From assembly GCA_000004695.1 (NCBI GenBank), contig CM000154.2:1792001-1856000 (forward strand): 64,000 nt of DNA. The letters are read 5' to 3'. Of this stretch, positions 22,292 to 34,053 are shown one piece after another. Both the position numbers and the translations under genes were made by a program. The notes under the pieces were generated by a model. The model was not told the origin of the DNA and made no database searches. It saw only the letters and a program-made list of their open reading frames with translations. Every line of letters begins with the position of its first letter. The first letter of the stretch is position 1. This stretch comes from Dictyostelium discoideum (lineage: Eukaryota).

Positions 22292-24948
22292 ATAATTATA
22301 ATCATTATGCATATTATATCTAATTACAAATAACTATTTAGAATTTCAAATGAAACATTAAGAAATCAACAACAACAGCAACAGCAGCAACAGCAGCAAC
22401 AGCAACAACAACAACAACAACAACAGCAACAAAATGAAAATGAGGGTAGTGGAGAAGGAGGAACAAATTTTACAACAACAACGACGACAACAACAACAAC
22501 AACAACAGCTAATACATTCATAAGTCATGGTAAAAGGAATAATATAATAAAGAACAATAGTGGAAGTGTTAGTGGTGTAATTAAAAATATAAATTCAAAT
22601 GGTACACTATCATCATCAATGAAAGTAAATGTAAAAAGAGCTGACCTTTTAATGAGCATATTATTAGATATCATCTATTTAATCATTATAAATAATAAAG
22701 ATGATGAATTATTTAAAGAAGAAATTTGTAAGTGGTGACCCCCCCCCCCCCCCCTCCCCCTATATATAAATATTTGATTATTTGTTATTAATATTTTTAA
22801 AATATAGTTGAATCATTAGAAGGATGTAATAATAATAATAATAATAATAATAATTATAATAATAATATTTTAGGTAAAAATAATAATAATGGTACAAATT
22901 GTGATAATCCAAATTTAATATCAATTATACTTCAATTATTAAGTGAATTTAATGAAATTGATGGTAATTTATATCCAATTAAAAAGATATTAATGGTACT
23001 TTGGAAATCATTAACCATTTTTATGGGTGGATTAGAGGATTTGGATAGATTGAAACAAGAGAGATTGGATAATGTTGGTTACAAAAAAGGTACTCCAAAA
23101 ACTAGGTCCTATGATATTTCAAATTTCATTAAATCAACACAACGTTATCATAGTCAATTAAAATCAAATTCAGTTTTACATAAAGTGAACACTCATTATT
23201 TAGGTACACCCAAAGAGTATAAAGATGTTGATGTATTTAGGTTACCTTTATCCCTATCGGATTCATTATCAGTCTTACAAACTAATCTATATCCACCTGA
23301 AAAAGTTAGAAAAGAAATTGGCATCAATTATTATAGTTTTAATAATAATGATACAATTACACCTCATACTCAATCTGATTATTTCTATAATACTAGTAAT
23401 ATTTCTTCATCAAAAAAACAAATTAAACCTAGAATTTTAATTGATAATCCTTCAAATTTTGAAAGATTTTATGTAAGTTTTATTTTATTTTATATTTTTC
23501 TAAAAAATATTTATTAATTTTTTTTTTTTTTTAAAAATAGTGTATGAATGTATCAAACTTTTCAAAAATTGTAATTATATTATTAAAGATATTATTAGCA
23601 GCAACACCTGTTGTAAAGAATTATACGGGACCAATTAATTTAATTGCAGAGATTGTAATAGATCAATCATCACCAGGTTCTTCTGCATCTTTAGTTGAAA
23701 CTATGCAATCTGCTATTGACTTTTTAAGACATAAAGAAATCATTTCAAAATCAACACTTGGTATATTATTATTAATTATTAAACATTCTAAATTTAATCG
23801 TATGTATTATTAAAATATTAAAATTAAAATAATGTTTATTTTATTAATTCTAAATTTTTTTTTTTTTTTATTTTTATTTTTTTTGATTAATAGAACATTT
23901 ACAATTTGAATATTTATCAAAGATTATGTATGAATCAAATGCATTGGTTTTATTATATAAATGTTTAAATCATGAATCAGTTGAAAAGTATTTATTTTCA
24001 CAAAATTATTTAAATAGTGAAGAGTATTTCAATGAAGAATCATTACCATCATCATCTGCAGCATCACCACCACCACCACCAATATTTCAACCATTAAATT
24101 GTAGTGGTAGTAGTATCAATAGTATTAGTAGTGGTGGTGCAGGTTGTGAAGGTGGTGGTGCTAATCCACCACCAGTGCAATTATTTGAAAATTATAAAAA
24201 TTTATTTAGTACAATAACAAGTTTAAAATTAATTCAAAAAGTTATGAAACATCATCCATCAAGAATTTCTTCTTTATCTGCTTCAAAATCTGCTGTATGT
24301 TATTTTATATATATATATATTATACTTTATTTTTATTTATTAAATTTAACATTTTAATATTTATAAATTATATTCTAGAATATTTTAAAAAAATATTGTT
24401 CAATTAATCATCCAATGATTAGATTATATAGTTTAAAAGTTATAAAGAATTTAGTACCATATCAAACAAAGAAATGGAAACAAATTAATATGAGAATTAT
24501 ATCAGATATTTATTTAGAAGTACCAATTCATATTAATGATAATTGGTTATTTAGTCATAATAGTGCAATCAATAATAATAATAATAATAGTAACAATAAC
24601 AATAATAATAATAATAATAATAGTACAAATAATGATAATGGTTTAACTGATGAACATGAAGTTACACTTCAAGAGAAAGTTGAAGAATATCATAGAGTAA
24701 ATTATGAACAATGGTATACAAATGATGGTTTAGATATGTGTTATAAAAATGATCATTCAATGGGTATTGGTATTTTTGATGACTTATTAAATTCATTACA
24801 ATTAACAACAGAAGAAAAACAAGCTATAGAAAATGATAGATTAGCTTACATTGACAAAGATGAAGGTTCCTCATTAATCTTTATGAATGATGCTTTAGAA
24901 GATGAATTATTATTTAATAAATGGAATATCCAAAAACCAAAATTTTAA
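21615..24948 (+). CDS. STRIP/FAM40/Far11 homolog (striatin-interacting protein, N1221 + DUF3402). Seven exons: 21615..21801, 21941..22214, 22342..22727, 22808..23472, 23541..23799, 23894..24294, 24379..24948. Total 2742 nt, 913 aa.
   Basis: Joins ORFs 21615.., 22027.., 22993.., 23544.., 23926.. and 24415.. through GT(A/T)(A/T)GT donors and TAG/CAG acceptors. All phases agree and the total is a multiple of 3. Colinear with human STRIP1: ELYSYSE~ELYSYTE, NKWRDLTD~KKWTELDT, IWYIAQGV~ILYVAQGT, KKILMVLWKSLTIFMGGLEDL~KKVLLLLWKTVLCTLGGFEEL, ILLKILLAATP~ALLKILLAAAP, LQFEYLSKIM~YQFEYMAQHL, KSANILKKYCSINHPMIRLYSLK~KSAPILKRALKVKQAMMQLYVLK. Confidence 0.82.
22225..22288. repeat. (TA)n of about 32 units inside STRIP intron 2
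   Basis: Directly visible, immediately after the CA|gtatgt donor. Confidence 0.95.
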
Positions 24949-25418
24949 AAAAAATATTAAAAAAAAAAAAAAACATAAATAAAATAAAGAAAAAGATTAA
25001 AATAATTAAAATCAAATAAAAATAAATAATTTTATCATCATAAAAAAAAAAAAAAAAAAAAAAAAATAAAATCTTGGTGCATAAAAAAAAAAATAAAAAT
25101 AATATATAAAATAAATATTAAAAAAAAGATTAAAATATAATTTAAGTCAAATAAAATTAAAAAAAAGATTAAAATTATTTTAATCAAAAAAAAAAAAAAA
25201 AAAAAAAAATCCTGGTGTTTAAAAAAAGAAAGAAGTTAAAATAAAAATACCCAGGATTGTTTTTTTTTTTAATAATTAATTTTTAAATTTTTGAAAAAAA
25301 AAAAAAAAGAGTGAAGGTAATTTTTTTTTTTTTTTTTTTTTTTTTTTAATCTTCTAATATAAAATTCTTAATAATTATAATAATAGTAATATTATAAAAT
25401 TAAAAAAATTAATTTAAA

Positions 25419-27164
25419 ATGAAAATTAATAAAAATTTATCAAATTATATTCAATCTTATTTAATTGAATATTTAATTGAATTTTTATTAGTAAATAAAA
25501 AATTAAAAAAAATAAATAAAAAAACATTATTAAAAAATCGAAATGAAATATTAGGTTATTCATTAGTATGTAAATATTGGTTAAATTCAATTAAAAAAAC
25601 AATAAAAAATTCATATAATTTATTTGATTTTGGAAATTATAATTCATCAATTAAAGAATGGTGGTTATTAAATATTTTAAAAAATGAAAATCAATTAGAT
25701 TGGTCACTTTTGGAAGATTTAAAAAATCAATATTACTATAATTCTATAGAAAATGATAAAAATGAAAACCAAAAAAATTATATTGATGAATATATAAATA
25801 AATTTAGTCAACAACAAATGGTGAGGATTTGGGGTAGAGAGGAAGGTTTACAACCATTTTCACCAGAATATTTAAATGAAACAACAAATGTTATTTATAA
25901 TATTGATATTGAATTTACAAATTCAGTTGATTCACCAATTATTCCATATTCATTATTACCAATTTCAAGTACAATTCCAAAAAGAAAGATTAAAACCAAT
26001 CAATTAAAAGTGATTGGTTATTCAAATGTAATGTTTCAAATGATAAGAGATTGTTTTCCAAAGAGATTAATAATTGAAAAACAACAAACTCATAATATGG
26101 GAAATGTTTGGTTACATCATAATTTTCATGAAAGAATTTTTAAAAAACAACCTCAATTAACCTCTATAATAATTGATATGAATGATTATATTGACCCATT
26201 TCAATTATCAAATATTCATAAACTTTCAAAATTACATACACTTTCATTTCATTTATCATGTCATACATTAATAAAACAATGTTATTTCTATTATGAAAAA
26301 AATTTAAATATAAAATATTCAAATAAACAATTTGAACTTTATAATGATGACTATGATGATGGTAATCAAAAACAACAACAAATTAGATATGATTTACCAT
26401 GCAAATGTAATGATGAATTTGATTATAGTTTAAATTTATTTGATGTTATATCAGATTTAAAAGCAATGGTAATTGGAATTTGTAAATCAAAATCATTAAG
26501 AAATTTAATAATTAAAAATAGATGTCATGGTAGATGTATTTGGGAAAATGATGTAATTGGTCAATTAAAGAAATTTCAACCAGAAATAAATGAAAATTAT
26601 ATTTTAACTCATTGTTTCAAAGATTTATTTATAAATTTAAAAAGTGTTGAATTTTTAAAATTAAAAGATTTCGATTTTCTAAATGAATTTTCACTTTCTG
26701 GTTTAATTGAAAATGAAGGAATAAATAAGATTTATTTTAAAAATTCTTTGATTTCAATTGACCAAATTCAATACCTTTTTGAAAATGTATTTTCAGGTCA
26801 AAATAAAGGAATTAAACATTTAACTATAAATTATGATTTAGTTAGTGATTTAAATAAGGGTAATAAAATTCATTCACAATTAAATCAATTAATAATCAAC
26901 TTTTTAAAGAATGATAATTCATCAAATTCAACCAATCTTTATAGTATTCAATATCCAATAGATATAAATCAAATTGATAATTTATTAGAAACTTTAAATA
27001 ATTATCAAACTAAAATCGTTGAATTCAATTTATTATATTTAAATCCATCAAAAATTTATTCAAAAAATATTAAATCTGATAATTTTAATTTATTAAAATT
27101 AAAAATTAATTCAAATTTAAATATTAATTCTAAAAGAATTAATTTAGTTAATAAATATTATTAA
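25419..27164 (+). CDS. Hypothetical Asn/Ile/Lys-rich protein (581 aa), single exon, no recognised domain
   Basis: Long uninterrupted ORF with Dictyostelium codon usage, which would be improbable by chance at about 20% GC. There is weak periodic L/I/N spacing in the C-terminal half (LxxLxLxxN-like). Confidence 0.55.
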   Translation: MKINKNLSNYIQSYLIEYLIEFLLVNKKLKKINKKTLLKNRNEILGYSLVCKYWLNSIKKTIKNSYNLFDFGNYNSSIKEWWLLNILKNENQLDWSLLEDLKNQYYYNSIENDKNENQKNYIDEYINKFSQQQMVRIWGREEGLQPFSPEYLNETTNVIYNIDIEFTNSVDSPIIPYSLLPISSTIPKRKIKTNQLKVIGYSNVMFQMIRDCFPKRLIIEKQQTHNMGNVWLHHNFHERIFKKQPQLTSIIIDMNDYIDPFQLSNIHKLSKLHTLSFHLSCHTLIKQCYFYYEKNLNIKYSNKQFELYNDDYDDGNQKQQQIRYDLPCKCNDEFDYSLNLFDVISDLKAMVIGICKSKSLRNLIIKNRCHGRCIWENDVIGQLKKFQPEINENYILTHCFKDLFINLKSVEFLKLKDFDFLNEFSLSGLIENEGINKIYFKNSLISIDQIQYLFENVFSGQNKGIKHLTINYDLVSDLNKGNKIHSQLNQLIINFLKNDNSSNSTNLYSIQYPIDINQIDNLLETLNNYQTKIVEFNLLYLNPSKIYSKNIKSDNFNLLKLKINSNLNINSKRINLVNKYY

Positions 27165-27502
27165 AAATAAAATAAAATAAAAAAATAAAATAAAATAAAA
27201 AAATAAAATAAAATTATTTTTAAAAAAAAGATTAAAAGAAAATTAAAAAAAAAAAATTTTTTTATTAGATTCTAAAAATAAAAAAAAAATATCAAAGCTG
27301 CCAGATATATATGTAATGATTATAAATATATAATATTTGTTGATTATAAATATATATGTGATAAATATTTAAAAGTTTTATAAAAAAAAAAAAATTGTTT
27401 TTGATATTATCTAAATAATGTAGAGTACACCATATTATTATTATTTTTGATAAAAAACAATAAGTTTGCATACTATTATAATACACTTAATAATTTGATT
27501 AT

Positions 27503-27592
27503 ATATAGATATTGATATAGATATTGATATAGATATTGATATAGATATTGATACTGATACTGATATTGATATTTATATTGATATTGTTAAAG
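27503..27592. repeat. Tandem (GATATT/GATATA/GATACT)n hexamer array of about 15 units
   Basis: atagatattgatatagatattgat...gatactgatactgatattgat, directly visible, in the 3' intergenic region between two convergent genes. Confidence 0.9.
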
Positions 27593-27613
27593 ACATTTTG
27601 ATATTTAATATTT

Positions 27614-28709
27614 TCAATTCAAATAATTATTGATTGTTTGTAAATAAGTTTGAAAATCTTGTCTAATTGGCATGAAATTTCCATCTGATAACTTTTCTTC
27701 TAGTAATATCTAATGGAATAGTTATAAGTATTTTTTTTTTTTTTTTTTATAAATTAAATATTTAATTTAATTTTACATACATGTTGAGATTCAATTAAAT
27801 TTGACTCGCTTAATGAAATTGAACCTTTTAATATACAGTGTTTATTTAAATTATAATAATCCCAAACTCTAACATTATCTTTTGAAATATTAAATAATTT
27901 ACATCCTCTCTATATTATTGATTTTTTTTTTTAATTAGTAAAAATAAAAATAAAATTAAAATTATAATTTTACAAACATTTTTAATGAAATCAATGGTAT
28001 CATTCTTTTGGCAATAAATTGTTTTTACATCTTTTAAATTTGAAGAACTTAATATGAATAGAGTTGTTGGTATTTTAAAATCAATTTCATTTCTTTTAAA
28101 TAATCTTGAAATTACTACTCTTGGAATTGATGGACCCCCACCATATTTATTAATAATAAATTCCCAAACTGATTTTGAAACTATTTGAAAATGTTCACCT
28201 CTAACAACACCTGGCAATAATGTTAATCTATCATTTAATAATATTTTTTCATTACTAATTGGTTTTAATTTATTATTATTATTATTATTATTATTAAAAT
28301 CACTATCGTCATCATCATCATCATCATCCTCATCCTCATTATTATTTTTATTATTTTTATTATTTGAAATGAAATCTACCCAATCTTTAATCCAATTAAT
28401 TTCAACTAAAAACCAAATATCACCAACTTTAAACTCTGATTGATTTGAATTGAATAATTGGTAAATTTTTAATTCTGAAATTCCAGAGTTTAAACTACTA
28501 CTTGGTACTTTTTGTTCATTAAATTTTTCAACTTCTTTTTTCTCATCTTGTAAACTATCAATTTCATTTTGTTTATCATTATTACTTTTATTGATGTCAT
28601 TATTATTATTTCTATTATTTCTATTTTTAGTAGTGATAACGGAATCATCATCATTATCAAAAGTTTGAACTGGACTTGGATTATTACTGTCAATTGATGG
28701 ATTGCACTG

Positions 28710-28799
<90 letters not shown>

Positions 28800-29695
28800 T
28801 TTGGTTGATTCATTAAAAATATATTTTACAGAGATTGATGGTTCGTTATCATAATTATAGTTATTTTTATTTTGAAAATTATTATTAAAATTAATATTAT
28901 TTAAATCCAATCCATTATTATTATCATTAATAAAACCACCATTAAAATTTAAACCATTATTAAAATTATTACCATTGTTTAATGCTTGTGATATTTCAAT
29001 TTGTGGATTATATATCATATAACCATTTGTTGAACTTGTTGTACTATTTATTTCTTTAATATTAAAATATTATTAATATGTTTAAAAAAAAAAAATAAAA
29101 AAATTAAAAAAAAAAAAAGGGGGGATGGAAATAACATATTAAGAAAATTTAGGGAAAAAAAATAATAAAAATAAAAAAGAAAAAAAAAATACAAACCATG
29201 AAAATCTAGACAATCTTCGCTAAGACTATCATCTTCATCACTATTTAATAATTCTGTATCGTCATCGATTTCATCTTGGTAAATAGAAATTTGTTGGTGG
29301 TAATTTTGATGTTGTTGTCCTTTATTGTGGTGGTGGTTATTATTATTAAAAAATAATTGATGTTGGTATTGTAATTGATTTGTATTTATAATATTGTTAC
29401 TGTTGCTATTTTTTGTATCTTCGTCATCACTAATATCAACAATTTCATTATGATAGCTATCTTGACTATTATTATATTCGATACTATTAAAGTTATAACC
29501 AAATTGGTTTATTGAATTACTATTATTTTTTAATTGGGAAAATAAACTAAATGTTTTCTTTGCACCAAAACTAAATTTACTAGTTAATGATGAACTTGAT
29601 GAATAATTAACATTTATATTATTATTATTCCCAATACTATCATTTATAAATTCAAATGGACTTGTAGATAGATTATCGAATTGGTCTTCTTCCAT
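27614..29695 (-). CDS. DUSP-UBL domain protein resembling the N-terminal module of USP4/11/15 but lacking a USP catalytic domain (599 aa). Exons 29695..29197, 29053..27978, 27909..27781 and 27709..27614.
   Basis: ORFs 29048..29695 and 27915..29018 plus two short 3' exons join via G|gtttgt...aaag|AA, AAT|gtttgt...tatag|AGA and CAT|gtatgt...attag|ATA. Phases agree and 1800 nt = 600 codons. The DUSP core (GDIWFLVEINWIKDWVDF, LNDRLTLLPGVVRGEHFQIVSKSVWEFIINKYGGGPSIPRVV) is followed by a UBL (DTIDFIKNRGCKLFNISKDNVRVWDYYN...HVILLEEKLSDGNF), colinear with USP15 residues ~1-230. Confidence 0.68.
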
Positions 29696-30571
29696 TTTCT
29701 TTTTTTTTTATTTCCTAGGAATAAAAAAATAAAAAAATAAAAAACCAATACCTAATTGATTTAAAATTATTTTTTTTTTCTTTTATTTTATTTTATTTTA
29801 TTTTATTTTATTTTATTTTTTTTATATTTTAAAATAATAACTTAATATTTTAATAATTGAAAAATGGTAAAATTAGTAATTTTAATATTAAAATAGAAAA
29901 AAAGAGAATTTTGTTTTCTCCAAAATTTTAAAAATAATACACTACTGTGTAAATAAATAATTAATTAAATCAAAAAAAAAAAAAAATTAAAAATTAATTT
30001 AATTTTAAAATTAAAAAAAAAAAAAATAAAAAAAAAAACTTTTGGTTGTGGGATGTCGCAGCTTTTATAACAAAAAAAATAAAATAAAATAAAAAAGAAA
30101 GTTAAAAATATTAGGATTAAAAACAATTATGTTTGGTGACTGGATTTATAATAATTTTTTTTTTTTTTTATTTTTTTTCGAAAGCACTTACTGCCTTTTT
30201 TTTGAAAATATTTGTAATCAACAAACTATTACTTTTTTACGTTCGGTTTTTTTAACACTATTTTATGCGAGAGTGGGGGTAATTTTATATGAGAAAACAC
30301 AAAATTTTATTTAATAGCGCTTTATTAATTTAAAATAAATAAAAATAAATTAAAATTTTTTTATTTTTTTTTATTTGTTTTTTTTTTTATTTATTTATTT
30401 TTTTATTTAATTTTATTTTTTTATTATTAATTTTATTTTAATTTTATATTTAATTTTGAAATAGTTGGTTATTTGTTGAATTATTTGTAAAAAAATAAAA
30501 AAATAAAAAAATAAAAAGATAATTTTGGTATGTAAATTAAATTCACTTGGGCTGCAAAACTCATACCAATT

Positions 30572-30610
<39 letters not shown>

Positions 30611-30873
30611 CTAATTTTAATTTTATTTTTATTTTTATTTTAATTTTAATTTTTTTTTTTTTTTTTTTTTTTAATTTTTTATTTTTTTTTATTTTTCAAA
30701 TTTAGTAGGATTTTGTTCATCATAGATATCTCGTTATGCTGTTTAACTTCTAGCATTATACACATTCAAAAACATTACCAATTATAGTCGAAAAAAGATA
30801 ATAACCAAATATTAATTAAATTATAAGATTATAAAAAAAATAAAAAAATAAAAAATAATAAATAAAAAAAAAT

Positions 30874-31445
30874 ATGATAGAGACAAGTTTTATAAAATGG
30901 GTAAGAACATATCATTTAATTTATCCTATCTAGGTAATTTTGATATACTAATATAGTAATCACCCTTTTTTTTTTTTATTTTTCATTGAATAATTCACAT
31001 AAAATAATAAAACAAAAACAATAAAAAAATAAAATAACATAAAATAAATAAAATATAATATAATATAATATAATATAATATAATATAATATAATATAATA
31101 TAATATAATATAATATAATATAATATAATATAATACAATATAATACAATATAACAGATAAATTCATTTAAAGATTTATCTAACTCTATTGAAGATTTAAA
31201 AGAGTTATCAAATGGTACTATATTTAATGAAATTTGTTGCCAAATGTATGTATAGTTTACAATATATATATTTTTAATTACCTTAGGGGGGGTAGTTTTC
31301 TTTTTTTTATTTTTTTTTATTATATTCCCCTATGACACACAACTAATATATCTACTTTTTTTAAAATTAATAAAATAAATAATTAATATATTTAAACATC
31401 AATTTAAATACCTACACCATAACAAAAACAACTATAATGATGATG

Positions 31446-31524
<79 letters not shown>

Positions 31525-33749
31525 TAATAAACAATATTATGATATAGTGCACCAAAATATTTTGATATAGATTCATTAAGAAAAGATGGATTAGATAATT
31601 GGATATTTAGAGAAGAGAATATTAAAAATATAGTAGAAAGAGTTGATGAATTTTATATAGAAGAGATGGGATTAAACGATCAAATATCATCCATTAATTG
31701 TGAAGAGATTGCAAACGAAAATATCGATGAAATTATATTATTGATTGAAGCAATACTTGGAATGGCAATGGAATCTGAAAATAATGAAGCTGTAATTGAA
31801 AATATTTTATCTTTAGATCAAGATACTCAAAATGATTTAATGGTTGTTGTTGCAAAGGTACTACCTAATTTCACTATTTAAATTACTATAGTAATTAATA
31901 TATCAATATTTATTTTATACTCACTTTTTTTTTTTTTTTTTTTTATTATTTATTTATATTTAATATTTAGATTCAACAATCACATCAACCAAATACAGTA
32001 GATAATAGTAAATCATTTGATAAAGATGGATCAATTTTATCACAATCACCAAGTCAAAGTAATAATAGTATTAGTAATAATAATAATAATAATAATATAG
32101 ATAGTAGTAATATAAGTAAAAGTAATATTAGTAGTAATAATAATAATAATAATAGTAGTAATAATAATAAAGAAGAAATTTTAAATTTACAAAATGAAAT
32201 TGAAAAATTAAAAAGAGAGAAACAAGAGATTCAAAACGATTTAGATGAATCAAATATACAATTATCAAATGTAACTATGGATCGTGATAGAATTACAATT
32301 GATAAACAAAAGACAGAGGAAGTATGTTCAAGTTTACATGAATCAATCATTGGATTACAAAAACAATTGGATGAAACTATGGCACAAACCACAACAATGA
32401 ATGCATTGAATGATGAAACCTATAAAACTGAAATCAATGATCTTCATATGCAAGTGGAATCAAAGGAGAAACAATTATCCGAATTGAAAAAGAAAGTCGA
32501 TGAAGCCAATCGTTTAGCGAATGAAAATCGTTCATTACGTGATGAAATTGATATTTTAAGAGAGAAAGCTGCAAATGCTGAAGCAACTGAAGAGAAATTA
32601 AAAAAACATCAAAAGAAAATCGAAGAAATTGGCGATCTAAAAAAGAAAATCAAGGAACTTGAAGATCAAAATGATAGTTACATTCAACAAACTTTGGATC
32701 TTGAAGAACAACTCTCAAAGAATAACACCTATAGAACTCAAGCTGACTCTGGTAAACAACAAATCTCCTCACTAAAGATTGAATTGGCAAAATTGGAATT
32801 ATCTTTGAAATCCATTAAAGAGGATCGTGATAAATTATCTGAATCTTTAAATACCGTAGAGTTGGAACGTGATAGTTTACAATCTCAAGTTACTAACCTC
32901 AGAAATACAATCGATAATCAACAACAAGAATATGAAACCAAATTCGTTGATCTTCAATCTTCAATTAGTCTCAATAGTGGTGGTAGTGGTGGTTTAGGTG
33001 ATGAAGTCATTGATGGTTCAACCAAAGAAAGAATAGCTCGTTTAGAAAGAGATAACAAACGTTTAAAAGAAGTCGCTGAAAAAGCTTCTGAATTAGAAAA
33101 TCAATTAGAAGATGCCAATCAATCAAAAGAATTATTAACAATTCAAATTAAACAATTAGAAGAACAAAAACAACAATCAAATAATACTAATAATAATAAT
33201 AATAATAATAATATGGTCGATTCATCTGAAATTGAATCACTAAAACAACAATTAAAAGAAAAAGAAAAAGAAATTTCAACATTAAAGAGAAAACTCGAGG
33301 AATCTAATCTTAGTTTGGATGAAAATAGGAAACAATTGGTCGAATTATCACAAAGACCAACCACTCAATCACCAGGTGATATTGAAAAACTTGAAAATTA
33401 CGAAAATCTTCTCAAGGAAAATGATGGTTTAGAGGGTCGTTTAAGAGCTGCTCGTAACATCATTAAAGATCTTAGAGAAAAACATAAATCTTACTCAAAT
33501 CAAGAGACTCAATTGGCCACCAAAGATGAAGTCATCACCAAATTGGAAGGTTTGGTCAAAAAGAAGACTGATATCAACGAAGATTTAAGAAAACAACTCG
33601 AAGAAGGTAGAGAAGAATCTCAAAGAGAAATTAATTTAATGCTTTCAGCTTTCTTAAAGATTGGTTTAGAAATGGAACAAGTTAAAATTCAAAATATTTC
33701 AAGTTCAAAAGAACCAAGATCATTTTTAAATAAAAAAAGAGCTGATTAA
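30874..33749 (+). CDS. Hook-family microtubule-binding and coiled-coil protein. Exons 30874..30900, 31157..31245, 31548..31857 and 31971..33749. Total 2205 nt, 734 aa.
   Basis: Nine-codon first exon (MIETSFIKW|gtaaga), then acag|ATAAAT...CAAAT|gtatgt, then atag|TGCACC...GCAAAG|gtacta, then tttag|ATTCAA. The N-terminal domain is colinear with human HOOK1 (WLQTFN~WINSFK, DVKQLTSGVAMAQVLHQID~DLKELSNGTIFNEICCQIA, GDNWRIK~LDNWIFR, ELGRLLQLILGCAIN~EIILLIEAILGMAME). A long heptad coiled coil follows (ORF 32277..33749). Confidence 0.78.
31052..31152. repeat. (AATAT)n pentanucleotide repeat of about 20 units in Hook intron 1
   Basis: Directly visible. A second (TAA)n of about 27 units lies in intron 2 at 31441..31523. 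Confidence 0.9.
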
Positions 33750-34053
33750 AGAATTTATAAATAATAATAAATAATAAATAATAATAATAAACTTTTAGAG
33801 TAGTAATAAATAGTAGTAATAATAATAATAATAATAATAAATAATAATAAAAAAATAAAAAAAATAAAAAAAAAAAACAGATACAAAAATTGAAACATTA
33901 AAAAAGATATAAATAAATTGTTTTTATACAAAGAACAGTTTTTTTTTTTTTTTTTTTTTAAAATATTATATATACAATTTTTTTTTTTCTTTTATTATAT
34001 ATGTGTTCTTGTATCGTTTTTTTTTTTTTTTTTATTTTTATTTTAGTTTTTTT

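Noticed and set aside
28490-28813. 107-aa poly-Ile ORF on the minus strand
   Set aside because: It is a different-frame read of the (AAT)n tract encoding the poly-Asn linker of the DUSP-UBL gene. The composition is pure microsatellite. The same explanation covers ORFs 3719..3904, 59820..60075 and 57443..58129.
30897-30906. Alternative Hook start 'ATGG|gtaaga' (1-codon first exon)
   Set aside because: That phase forces an in-frame TAA in the next exon. Starting at ATG 30874 with donor TGG|gtaaga gives MIETSFIKW + INSFKDLSNS..., which aligns to the HOOK N-terminal WLQTF block.
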